NCBI GenBank assembly: GCA_008501765.1
Contig: QQUE01000014.1
Span: forward strand, 141,299-173,298
Direction of reading: 5' to 3'
From: Calditrichota bacterium
GTDB lineage: Bacteria > Zhuqueibacterota > Zhuqueibacteria > Zhuqueibacterales > Geothermadaptataceae
Length of the DNA stretch: 32,000 nt
A program made the translations under genes and the position numbers. Below the pieces are notes generated by a model that did not search any database, was not told where the DNA came from, and saw nothing but the letters and a program-made list of their open reading frames with translations. Of this stretch, positions 16,166-23,781 are shown piece by piece (the first letter of the stretch is position 1; every line of letters starts with the position of its first letter).

Positions 16166-16732
16166 ATGGACATTTTTAAACAAAACCGCTATTTGTGGAT
16201 TACAATTATTGTTTTATTGATAATGAATTTTACCGCGTTAGCGCTTTTATGGCTGGGAAGACCAGAAGCCAGAAAAATACAAGAGCGTCCGCCTGATCCC
16301 ATGGAAGAACAAATTCGAATACAACAATTATTGAAAAAGGAACTCAATTTCGATGAAACACAGAGCGAACAGTATTTAAAACTGCGCCGGCAACACCGCA
16401 ACCAGGTACAGCAATTACAGATGGATATCAGTCATATAAAAAAACAAATGTTCAATAAAGTTTTACAGGATAATCCCCGGCAGGAACTATCTGATTCTTT
16501 ATTAGCCCTTGCCCAGGAAAAGCAGGCTCAGCTTGAGAAGATTACGTTTCAGCATTTTTTAGACCTTAAAAAATTATGCAAACCGGAACAGCAGGATAAA
16601 TTAAAAATATTATTAAATGAATTTTTTCGTAAAAATGCACCAACTGGAATAAATAATGATATGCCACATCCACCTGCCGGCGCAAGACCTGCGCCACAAC
16701 GTGGTAATGAATCACCACCACCACTCCCCTGA
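16166..16732 (+). CDS. Membrane-anchored Spy/CpxP-family (LTxxQ-like) periplasmic protein
   Basis: N-terminal anchor YLWITIIVLLIMNFTALALLWL. Helical repeats with (L/F)xxxQ motifs (FDETQSEQYLKLRRQH ..., KPEQQDKLKILLNEF). Pro-rich tail. It is the third member of a sigma / anti-sigma / Spy-like trio. Confidence 0.6.
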   Translation: MDIFKQNRYLWITIIVLLIMNFTALALLWLGRPEARKIQERPPDPMEEQIRIQQLLKKELNFDETQSEQYLKLRRQHRNQVQQLQMDISHIKKQMFNKVLQDNPRQELSDSLLALAQEKQAQLEKITFQHFLDLKKLCKPEQQDKLKILLNEFFRKNAPTGINNDMPHPPAGARPAPQRGNESPPPLP

Positions 16733-16758
16733 CACAACAAATTATTCTCAACCATTAA

Positions 16759-16790
16759 GCCTTTCATCAAAAAATGAAGGGCTTTTTTTA
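16759..16790 (+). terminator. Rho-independent terminator
   Basis: gcctttcat-caaaaa-atgaagggc forms a 9-bp stem with one G-U pair, followed by T7. It lies 27 nt after the stop at 16732. Confidence 0.8.
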
Positions 16791-16815
16791 TTTGTAGTCC
16801 ATCCTTTTAAACTAC

Positions 16816-16848
16816 CTGCGCAAGTTATTTTTATTATCCGCGTCTAAA
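16816..16848 (+). promoter_or_regulatory. Candidate ECF-type promoter upstream of the efflux operon
   Basis: ctgCGCAagttatttttattatccGCGTCTAAA. It has the same CGCA-N18-CGTCTAAA spacing as the site at 15108-15140. It lies 43 nt before the GTG start at 16891, which is preceded by AAGGAG. Confidence 0.3.
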
Positions 16849-16890
16849 CTATTAAAGTGATTAACAAAACTGATAAGGAGTTAAAACAAA

Positions 16891-18174
16891 GTGAAAAAGA
16901 AAATATTAAAGTATAGAAGAAGTTTAGGTGTAGCCGTCATTCTCATGACATTGACTACTTACGCATTTGCTTATTTATTTAATGGATTAGAAAAATCTGA
17001 TTTCGTTCTCGAAACAACAATCGTAGAAAGAGGCACGGTAAGCAATATAATTACAGCTACCGGAACATTAGAAGCGACAAACACGGTTATTGTCGGTACT
17101 CAGGTGTCTGGCGTTATTGAAAAGATTTATGTTGATTTTAATTCAGAGGTAAAAAAAGGGCAAAAGATAGCGGAACTGGATAAATCGACCTTACAATCAA
17201 GTTTAGAAAATGCTGAAGCTGACTTATATAATGCACAGGCTGAATTCGAGTATCAACAAGCCAATTTTAACCGGAATGAAGCGTTTTTTAAAAAAGATCT
17301 GTTATCCGCAAGCGATTATGATTTGGCAAAATACAATTTCAAAAAGAGCCAGGCAGGCTTAAAGTCAGCCACAGCCAACTTGAATAAAGCTAAACGTAAT
17401 TTGAGTTATGCCACCATTTATTCACCAATCGACGGGATTGTCCTTAACCGTGCGGTTGAGGAAGGTCAAACGGTTACGGCCAGCATGAACACACCCGAAC
17501 TATTTACCATCACCAATGACCTTGCGGAAATGCAGGTCGAAGCCGATGTGGATGAAGCGGATATTGGCATGGTAAAAGAAGGACAACGGGTGGAGTTTAC
17601 GGTAGATGCATTTCCTGAAGAAACTTTTTCAGGAGAGATTACAGAGGTGCGGTTACAACCTACTGAAACATCAAATGTTATTACCTATACGGTGATTGTT
17701 TCGGCCCAAAATCCGAAATTAAAGTTAAAACCGGGTATGACCGCCAGTATTACCGATTACGTGGAAGAAGTGAATGATGTTCTGGTTCTGGCCGGAAAAG
17801 CTATACGATTTACACCGGATCGTGAACAAATGATGGATTATTTCAGCAGTCTTCCTGAAAGTGAACGGCCGCAACGTCGGTCCGGTAACCGTCCGTCCGC
17901 AACGGCAGAACAAGGCGAATCCCCGCAAGGGGAAGAGATGCCGGATAACCTGAAACGTGTATGGGTAAAAGACGGGTCAACTATAAAACCAGTAACGATT
18001 GAAACAGGCGTCACCGACGGTTCAAATATTGAAATTATTTCAGGATTAAACGAGGGTGACTATGTCATTACGGCCATGGAAATGGGTAGTACAACCAGCC
18101 CGGATAATGAGGATAGCGAAGAAACACAAAAAAGTCCATTCGTTCAGGAGCGTCCTGGTCGCCCAGGGAAATAA
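16891..18174 (+). CDS. Efflux transporter periplasmic adaptor subunit (HlyD/MacA family)
   Basis: N-terminal anchor, lipoyl-like hairpin halves (VSGVIEKIYVDFNSEVKKGQKIAELD ... ATIYSPIDGIVLNR), a coiled-coil hairpin and a beta-barrel domain. GTG start with a strong RBS. Confidence 0.85.
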   Translation: MKKKILKYRRSLGVAVILMTLTTYAFAYLFNGLEKSDFVLETTIVERGTVSNIITATGTLEATNTVIVGTQVSGVIEKIYVDFNSEVKKGQKIAELDKSTLQSSLENAEADLYNAQAEFEYQQANFNRNEAFFKKDLLSASDYDLAKYNFKKSQAGLKSATANLNKAKRNLSYATIYSPIDGIVLNRAVEEGQTVTASMNTPELFTITNDLAEMQVEADVDEADIGMVKEGQRVEFTVDAFPEETFSGEITEVRLQPTETSNVITYTVIVSAQNPKLKLKPGMTASITDYVEEVNDVLVLAGKAIRFTPDREQMMDYFSSLPESERPQRRSGNRPSATAEQGESPQGEEMPDNLKRVWVKDGSTIKPVTIETGVTDGSNIEIISGLNEGDYVITAMEMGSTTSPDNEDSEETQKSPFVQERPGRPGK

Positions 18175-18192
18175 GTAGTTGATTGATGACCC

Positions 18193-18228
18193 GGAATTAG
18201 GAAGTAGGAATTGGGAATTAAAAAAAAG
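18193..18228 (+). repeat. Four tandem GGA-containing heptamers followed by an A-run, in the adaptor-ATPase intergenic spacer
   Basis: ggaatta ggaagta ggaattg ggaatta (18193-18220), then a run of A. Confidence 0.6.
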
Positions 18229-18268
18229 GTTTTAATCCAGGGTAAATTTAAAATTAGAGAATAAAAAA

Positions 18269-19045
18269 ATGGAAAATAAAATAATCGAAATACAGAATCT
18301 GCAAAAAAATTACCGGGTTGGGACGGAAATTGTCAGTGCTTTGCGAGGAGTTAATCTTACAATAAATGCCGGAGAATTTGTGGCAATCATGGGCGCCAGT
18401 GGATCTGGAAAATCTACATTACTCAATATACTTGGCTGTCTCGACAAACCGACTGCAGGCGATTACTGGCTTGATGGGAAAAATGTCAACGTCCTAAAAA
18501 AAGATCAATTGGCCGATATTCGGAATACCAAAATTGGTTTCGTGTTCCAGTCGTATAACCTTTTACCGCGAACCACGGCATTGGAAAATGTGGAACTGCC
18601 CTTATTATATAATCCGAAAATATCAATCAAAATGCGCCGGGAAAAAGCGGAGCATGCTTTGGAAGCGGTTGGATTGGCTGACCGCATGAAACATCTTTCC
18701 AATCAGATGTCCGGCGGGCAACAGCAGCGTGTTGCCATCGCCCGTTCGCTGGTCAATGATCCTGTAATAGTTTTGGCGGACGAAGCGACCGGAAACCTGG
18801 ATACGAAAACCTCATACGAGATTATGGCCCTTTTCCAGGAATTAAATGATAAAGGCATAACTATCGGGTTTGTTACTCATGAACCAGACATAGCAGCCTT
18901 TACAAACAGAAATATAGTGTTTCGCGATGGACGGTTAATCAAGGATATTCAGATGAATAAAATAACAAATGTTGTGGATGCACTTGATCAATTGAAAGAC
19001 GAAGATACGCTACTCGATGAATTTGTTAATGTGTGTGTCGCATAA
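18269..19045 (+). CDS. ABC transporter ATP-binding protein (MacB/LolD type)
   Basis: Walker A GASGSGKST, Q-loop, signature LSGGQQQRVAIAR, Walker B VLADEATGNLD, H-loop VTHE. Confidence 0.9.
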   Translation: MENKIIEIQNLQKNYRVGTEIVSALRGVNLTINAGEFVAIMGASGSGKSTLLNILGCLDKPTAGDYWLDGKNVNVLKKDQLADIRNTKIGFVFQSYNLLPRTTALENVELPLLYNPKISIKMRREKAEHALEAVGLADRMKHLSNQMSGGQQQRVAIARSLVNDPVIVLADEATGNLDTKTSYEIMALFQELNDKGITIGFVTHEPDIAAFTNRNIVFRDGRLIKDIQMNKITNVVDALDQLKDEDTLLDEFVNVCVA

Positions 19046-19089
19046 ACAACACAATTATGAGTGAATGAACTCATTATTTAAACAAAAAG

Positions 19090-20322
19090 ATGGTCAGAAA
19101 AATGAAAATACTAACCTTACTAAAAATTGCCATGGTAGCAATAAAGAGAAATAAAACACGCTCGGTTCTAACTATGTTAGGAATTATCATCGGTGTGGCT
19201 TCGGTTATTGCCATGCTTGCCATTGGTGAAGGATCTAATGCCAGTATAAAATCACAAATAGCCACTATGGGTACAAATCTAATTAATGTAATGCCTGCAA
19301 GTAAAAACAGGGGCGGTGTTCAACAAGGCCGGGAAATGTCACAAACTCTGGTTGTTGCAGATGTCGATTTTCTCAGAGAAAACAGCGAATTAATCTCAGC
19401 AGTATCGCCCGAGGTTGGTGGTTCTGGCCAGGTAATTTTTGGATCAAACAACTGGCCAACTCAAATATTTGGTGGGAACGAGGATTATACTTATATCAAA
19501 AAGTATGATGTTGCCAACGGCCGTATTTTCTCATCACAAGATATAAAAAGTGCAAGGAAAGTATGCCTACTTGGACAGACTGTTGTCGACAATGTATTTG
19601 GTGAGGATATTGATCCCATTGGGCAAACCATCCGCTTTGAAAAGATACCATTTACAGTTATTGGTATCCTGAAAGAAAAAGGTGAAAATACATTTGGGCA
19701 GGACCAGGATGATATTATCCTGGCACCTTACACCACGGTGATGAAAAGAATTACCCGCCAGACACATTTGCGCGCGATTGTTATGTCAGCGAGTTCTGAA
19801 GACCTAATCGACGAGGCCAGTTCTCAAATCGAAGCAGTAATGCGTCTTTCGCATAAATTAAAGGATAGTGAAGATAATGATTTTGAAATAAGGACCCAGG
19901 CAGAATTAATCAGTACTTTTGGCTCTATATCCGAAATGATGCTTGTTCTGCTTGGTTCTATTGCGGCAATATCTTTGGTTGTAGGAGGCATTGGCATCAT
20001 GAATATCATGTATGTCTCCGTTACCGAACGAACTCGTGAAATTGGCCTGCGCCTTGCAGTAGGTGGGAAAGGGAAGGATATATTAATGCAGTTCCTGCTT
20101 GAAGCAATTTTGTTGAGCACAATTGGAGGTTTGGTAGGGGTTGCTATTGGTATCTTTACATCAAACACTGTTGAAAACATAATGGCCTGGCCTGTACTTA
20201 TTACCCCGGATTCCATACTGCTTTCTTTCTTGTTCTGCACTTTTATCGGCGTGTTTTTCGGCTGGTACCCGGCACGGAAAGCCGCGGCCTTGGATCCTAT
20301 CGATGCACTAAGGCATGAATAA
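19090..20322 (+). CDS. ABC transporter permease, FtsX/MacB family
   Basis: N-terminal TM helix, a roughly 230-aa periplasmic domain, then three C-terminal TM helices with the FtsX-like motif (ERTREIGLRLAVGGKGKDILMQFLLEA). The start may be ATG 19102 (MKILTLLK). Confidence 0.85.
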   Translation: MVRKMKILTLLKIAMVAIKRNKTRSVLTMLGIIIGVASVIAMLAIGEGSNASIKSQIATMGTNLINVMPASKNRGGVQQGREMSQTLVVADVDFLRENSELISAVSPEVGGSGQVIFGSNNWPTQIFGGNEDYTYIKKYDVANGRIFSSQDIKSARKVCLLGQTVVDNVFGEDIDPIGQTIRFEKIPFTVIGILKEKGENTFGQDQDDIILAPYTTVMKRITRQTHLRAIVMSASSEDLIDEASSQIEAVMRLSHKLKDSEDNDFEIRTQAELISTFGSISEMMLVLLGSIAAISLVVGGIGIMNIMYVSVTERTREIGLRLAVGGKGKDILMQFLLEAILLSTIGGLVGVAIGIFTSNTVENIMAWPVLITPDSILLSFLFCTFIGVFFGWYPARKAAALDPIDALRHE

Positions 20323-20383
20323 AGAAGTAGAAACGAACCAAGTGCCCCCCCTGAAAACAACTAATTGTATTTCCATAATTAGA

Positions 20384-20418
20384 GCCTTTCATAGAATAAA
20401 CATGAAGGGCTTTTTTTT
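20384..20418 (+). terminator. Rho-independent terminator with the same stem sequence as 16759-16790
   Basis: gcctttcat-agaataaac-atgaagggc followed by T8. It lies 62 nt after the stop at 20322. Confidence 0.8.
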
Positions 20419-20509
20419 ATCCATTTGCGTGACGGGAACGCAAGTTTTCTTTCATAATAACGTCAAATACTTAAACACTTTATATACTACTTGAAAGGTA
20501 TGAGAATAA

Positions 20510-20725
20510 ATGTCAATAGAATCAATAAATGGATGTATCGGTTGTGAGGAATGCGTAAAATCGTGCCCAACCGACGTGCTCAGAATCGATCCAAAAACTG
20601 GAAAAGCTGTGATAAAGTACCCGGCCGATTGTCAGATATGCCATCTGTGCCGGATGTATTGTCCAGTTGACGCTATTACCATTTCTCCGGAAAAATCTAT
20701 TCCGGTTATCGTTTCGTGGGGTTAA
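20510..20725 (+). CDS. 2x[4Fe-4S] dicluster ferredoxin
   Basis: Two CxxCxxCxxxCP motifs (CIGCEECVKSCP; CQICHLCRMYCP) in 71 aa, with no signal peptide. Confidence 0.85.
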   Translation: MSIESINGCIGCEECVKSCPTDVLRIDPKTGKAVIKYPADCQICHLCRMYCPVDAITISPEKSIPVIVSWG

Positions 20726-20727
20726 AG

Positions 20728-21387
20728 ATGATTGAATACACAAAGAAAGATTACGTTATTCCCGCGACAGGATTTTTTGTTGGCCTTCCATTGCTGCTCT
20801 ACGTCCTGGGTGATTTTGCTCGTCGAACTGTTCTGAAAGAATCCTTATCAGTTTTGTTCATTCTTACCTATTCTCTGATGCTGGGGCTTTTTTTCCTTTC
20901 ACGCAGCAACAAGAAAGCGGTGAAAACTTTCAGAATGAGCAAGCTAATTAAATATCACAAAATCATTGGCTATCTGGCTGTTATCATATTTTTTGTTCAT
21001 CCACTTTTGCTGGTGACGCCTCGATTTTTTGAAGCAGGCGTAGCGCCAATGGATGCATTTGTTACCATCATTACCACGTTTGATAGCCTTGGTGTCATCT
21101 TGGGCATCACCGCCTGGTTTTTGATGTTGAGTCTGGGCGTTATTTCATTCTTTCGCAACAGACTGTCTTTAAACTATATCAGCTGGAGATATGTTCATGG
21201 CATTTTGGCGATGGTTTTTGTCGCTGTCGCCACTTGGCATGTGATCAATCTCGGTCGCCATGCAAACCTGGCCATGTCCATTTATTTAATAACGATTACA
21301 ACTGGCAGTGAAATGCTGATATTAAAAACTTATTTCTTTAAACCGGCAAAAGTAAGGTTGGCTAAAAACAATGAAAAACCAAAATGA
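20728..21387 (+). CDS. Polytopic membrane protein, ferric-reductase-domain-like, predicted di-haem b
   Basis: About six TM helices. Two helices each carry a His pair separated by exactly 13 residues (HKIIGYLAVIIFFVH; HGILAMVFVAVATWH), the bis-His spacing used for two stacked b haems in the FRD/NOX/MsrQ superfamily. ATG 20728 is 3 nt after the ferredoxin stop; the track start GTG 20716 is an alternative. Confidence 0.6.
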   Translation: MIEYTKKDYVIPATGFFVGLPLLLYVLGDFARRTVLKESLSVLFILTYSLMLGLFFLSRSNKKAVKTFRMSKLIKYHKIIGYLAVIIFFVHPLLLVTPRFFEAGVAPMDAFVTIITTFDSLGVILGITAWFLMLSLGVISFFRNRLSLNYISWRYVHGILAMVFVAVATWHVINLGRHANLAMSIYLITITTGSEMLILKTYFFKPAKVRLAKNNEKPK

Positions 21388-23140
21388 AAACGACGGAATT
21401 TCGAGGCGGCAGTTTATGACGATGGCCGGCGGCGCTGTGAGTTTAGCCGCGCTATCATCAATGGGCGTGCAAAGTGGCTGGTCATCTAAAAGTCCTGAAG
21501 TTGATATCAATAAAATGACATTTACCGAAAATGACAGCGACGTGCTGGTGATCGGCGGCGGTATGGCTGGATTGTTCGCAGCCGTTAAAGCCCATGACGC
21601 CGGAGCAAGGACTTTGCTCGTTTCAAAAGGTCGATTAGGCGCTTCCGGTCAAACACCTTTTGCAAAAGGTATTTTTGCCTTTGACCCCGCAAAAGAAAAC
21701 ATCAGTCTTGATGCGTTTGTGGAAAAAGTGTCCCGCTCTGCCTTGGGAACAAACAATCCGGTTTACACCCGGCAAATGGCGGAGCATTCTCTGGCACGCG
21801 TTGATGATTTGCGGCACTGGGGTTTCTTTGATTCGTGCTTGTACAACAACTCTTTTCGTAAACCCATCGATGAACGAAATATAGCGGTTTTGGAGCGCAT
21901 CACAATTACGCATCTTATCAAAGAACACGGGCGAATTGCCGGGGCTGCAGGTTTTAGTTTGGATGAAGAAAATGTTCACATTTTTCGTGCAAAAAGTGTC
22001 ATTCTATGTACGGGCGCCGGTGGCTTTAAACCCAACGGCTTTCCAATTTGCGATCTCACCCACGATGGCACCGTAATGGCCTACAATATCGGTGCAAAAG
22101 TCACCGGCAAGGAATGGAATGACGGGCATCCGGGACAGGCCACAAACCCCGCGGCGTGCTTTGATGGCTGGCATGGCATGTTTGAAAAAAAACCGAATAC
22201 AACCGGCGTCGGCATTCGCCACGATTTGGGCGTTGACTTGAATTACATGGTATACATGAATGGAAGTCCGGCGCAAATGGGACCTCCGGGAATGGGACAA
22301 CAAGGAAAAATAGAGGGTGGACCTTACAGACCTAATGAATTTAGCGATGGTGGGCCTCCGGGTGGTGGCGCAGGTAAACCAGAAGGAAATGACCCTTCCG
22401 AGAGAGGACCCAGACCTGAAAGAAGAAGACCCCCTGGAGGCGGTGACGGAGCTCCAGGAATGAGAGGCGCACCGGTTGGTGGTTCTTCCGCCGGTATGGC
22501 AATTCATAAATCCGAGGGCCTTGTGCCCATCAATGATAAATGCGAATCCAATATTCCAGGCCTGTATGCAGCCGGTGATGCATTGGGTTCTTATATGGCA
22601 GGGGCTATCTATACGCAGATTGGATCATCCTTAGCCGGTTCTGCTGTGCAAGGCGCTGTGGCGGCAGAAGCGGCTGCTGAAAATTCTAAAAATATAGAAT
22701 TACCACCGATCTCCAAAACAAAACTGGATAATGTTCAGGAAGAGATTCTTAAACCCTTAAAAAAAGAAGCCGGTTACAGCCCGGCCTGGATTACCCAAAC
22801 ATTACAAAGCATTATGATCCCCAATTTTATCATTTATATAAAAAAGGAGAATCTATTAAAAGCGGCTTTGGCTTATGTTGAAGAACTGCGCGACCACCAC
22901 ATGCCGATGCTCAAAGCGACGGACATGCACGAGCTGAGACTGGCCCACGAAACGGCCAATATGATTGTCAGCGCTGAAATGAAACTCAAAGCCTCAATTA
23001 TGCGCAAAGAAAGTCGGTGCAGCCATTACCGGTTGGATTATCCCGAGATGGATGACAAAAACTGGCGCGCCTGGATCAATATCTACAAAGGCAAGGACGG
23101 CGCAATGAAATTTGAGAAACAGCCGTTTCATGATTTGTAA
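21371..23140 (+). CDS. Tat-signal FAD-dependent oxidoreductase of the fumarate reductase / succinate dehydrogenase flavoprotein superfamily, with a Pro/Gly-rich insertion
   Basis: Twin-arginine leader (ISRRQFMTMAGGAVSLAAL). Dinucleotide fold DVLVIGGGMAGLFAA. Second FAD motif GLYAAGDA. C-terminal ESRCSHYRLDYPEMDDKNW, typical of FrdA/SdhA/AprA/NadB relatives. It overlaps the previous gene by 17 nt. Confidence 0.8.
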   Translation: MKNQNENDGISRRQFMTMAGGAVSLAALSSMGVQSGWSSKSPEVDINKMTFTENDSDVLVIGGGMAGLFAAVKAHDAGARTLLVSKGRLGASGQTPFAKGIFAFDPAKENISLDAFVEKVSRSALGTNNPVYTRQMAEHSLARVDDLRHWGFFDSCLYNNSFRKPIDERNIAVLERITITHLIKEHGRIAGAAGFSLDEENVHIFRAKSVILCTGAGGFKPNGFPICDLTHDGTVMAYNIGAKVTGKEWNDGHPGQATNPAACFDGWHGMFEKKPNTTGVGIRHDLGVDLNYMVYMNGSPAQMGPPGMGQQGKIEGGPYRPNEFSDGGPPGGGAGKPEGNDPSERGPRPERRRPPGGGDGAPGMRGAPVGGSSAGMAIHKSEGLVPINDKCESNIPGLYAAGDALGSYMAGAIYTQIGSSLAGSAVQGAVAAEAAAENSKNIELPPISKTKLDNVQEEILKPLKKEAGYSPAWITQTLQSIMIPNFIIYIKKENLLKAALAYVEELRDHHMPMLKATDMHELRLAHETANMIVSAEMKLKASIMRKESRCSHYRLDYPEMDDKNWRAWINIYKGKDGAMKFEKQPFHDL

Positions 23141-23180
23141 GAAGGTAGTATCAAAAATCGCATAAAAAATTTAAAATTTT

Positions 23181-23239
23181 GACAGGATAACAGGATGAAC
23201 AAGATTATATATAAATCCAGCAAATCTTGTTATCCTGTC
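23181..23239. repeat. Imperfect inverted repeat built from reiterated ACAGGAT/ACAAGAT units
   Basis: gacaggataac[aggatgaac]aagatt (23181-23206) versus aatcttgttatcctgtc (23223-23239). That is 11 + 6 bp of perfect pairing interrupted by a 9-nt bulge that is itself a stuttered copy of the unit. No U-tract follows on either strand. Confidence 0.6.
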
Positions 23240-23264
23240 TAATAAAAATATTAGGAGAAATAAA

Positions 23265-23669
23265 ATGGGTAATCAAAAGAAAATTAATTATGCAATACTT
23301 GTAATTCTGTTAGGTATGATATTTTCCAGTAATTTATTTGCTCTGCCACAGCGTCCTCAAGGTCCACCACCAATGCCGGATTCCACCCAAATTGCAAAAA
23401 TGGTTGACGAACTGGCCGCAGAGCTTTCATTGAAAAAAGATGTAAAGTCGAAAATTAGCGATTTGTATTTTGACCATTTTGATGAAGTCGGAACAATGAT
23501 GAAGTCAAGCAAAGGCGACCGTAGAAATCAGCGCACTAAAATGGATGCTTTGAAGAAGAAATTTGAGAAGCAGGTGAAAGCGCTTTTGACTGATGAACAA
23601 AAAGATAAATTCAATGAATTTATGAAAAAACGCCGCCCTCGGCCAGGCCAACAAAAAGCTAAACGCTGA
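23265..23669 (+). CDS. Small secreted helical protein with an LTxxQ motif (Spy/CpxP-like)
   Basis: Signal peptide (ILVILLGMIFSSNLFA), a Pro-rich segment, helical Lys-rich repeats including LLTDEQKDKFNEFMKKR, and a good RBS (AGGAG). Confidence 0.5.
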   Translation: MGNQKKINYAILVILLGMIFSSNLFALPQRPQGPPPMPDSTQIAKMVDELAAELSLKKDVKSKISDLYFDHFDEVGTMMKSSKGDRRNQRTKMDALKKKFEKQVKALLTDEQKDKFNEFMKKRRPRPGQQKAKR

Positions 23670-23781
23670 TCAGTTCCAATGTCGCTTTTTCAAATTTCAA
23701 AAAAACAAGCGCAAGTTTTTAAAACGAATGGCGTCATAAGTAATAAACAAACGAATGACAACCAAACAATTTAAGGTAAAA

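Noticed and set aside
23181-23239. The intergenic palindromes at 4619, 11408 and 23181 as canonical rho-independent terminators
   Set aside because: None is followed by a U-tract on either strand, and the stems contain several mismatches or bulges. They are reported as repeat elements of unknown function instead.
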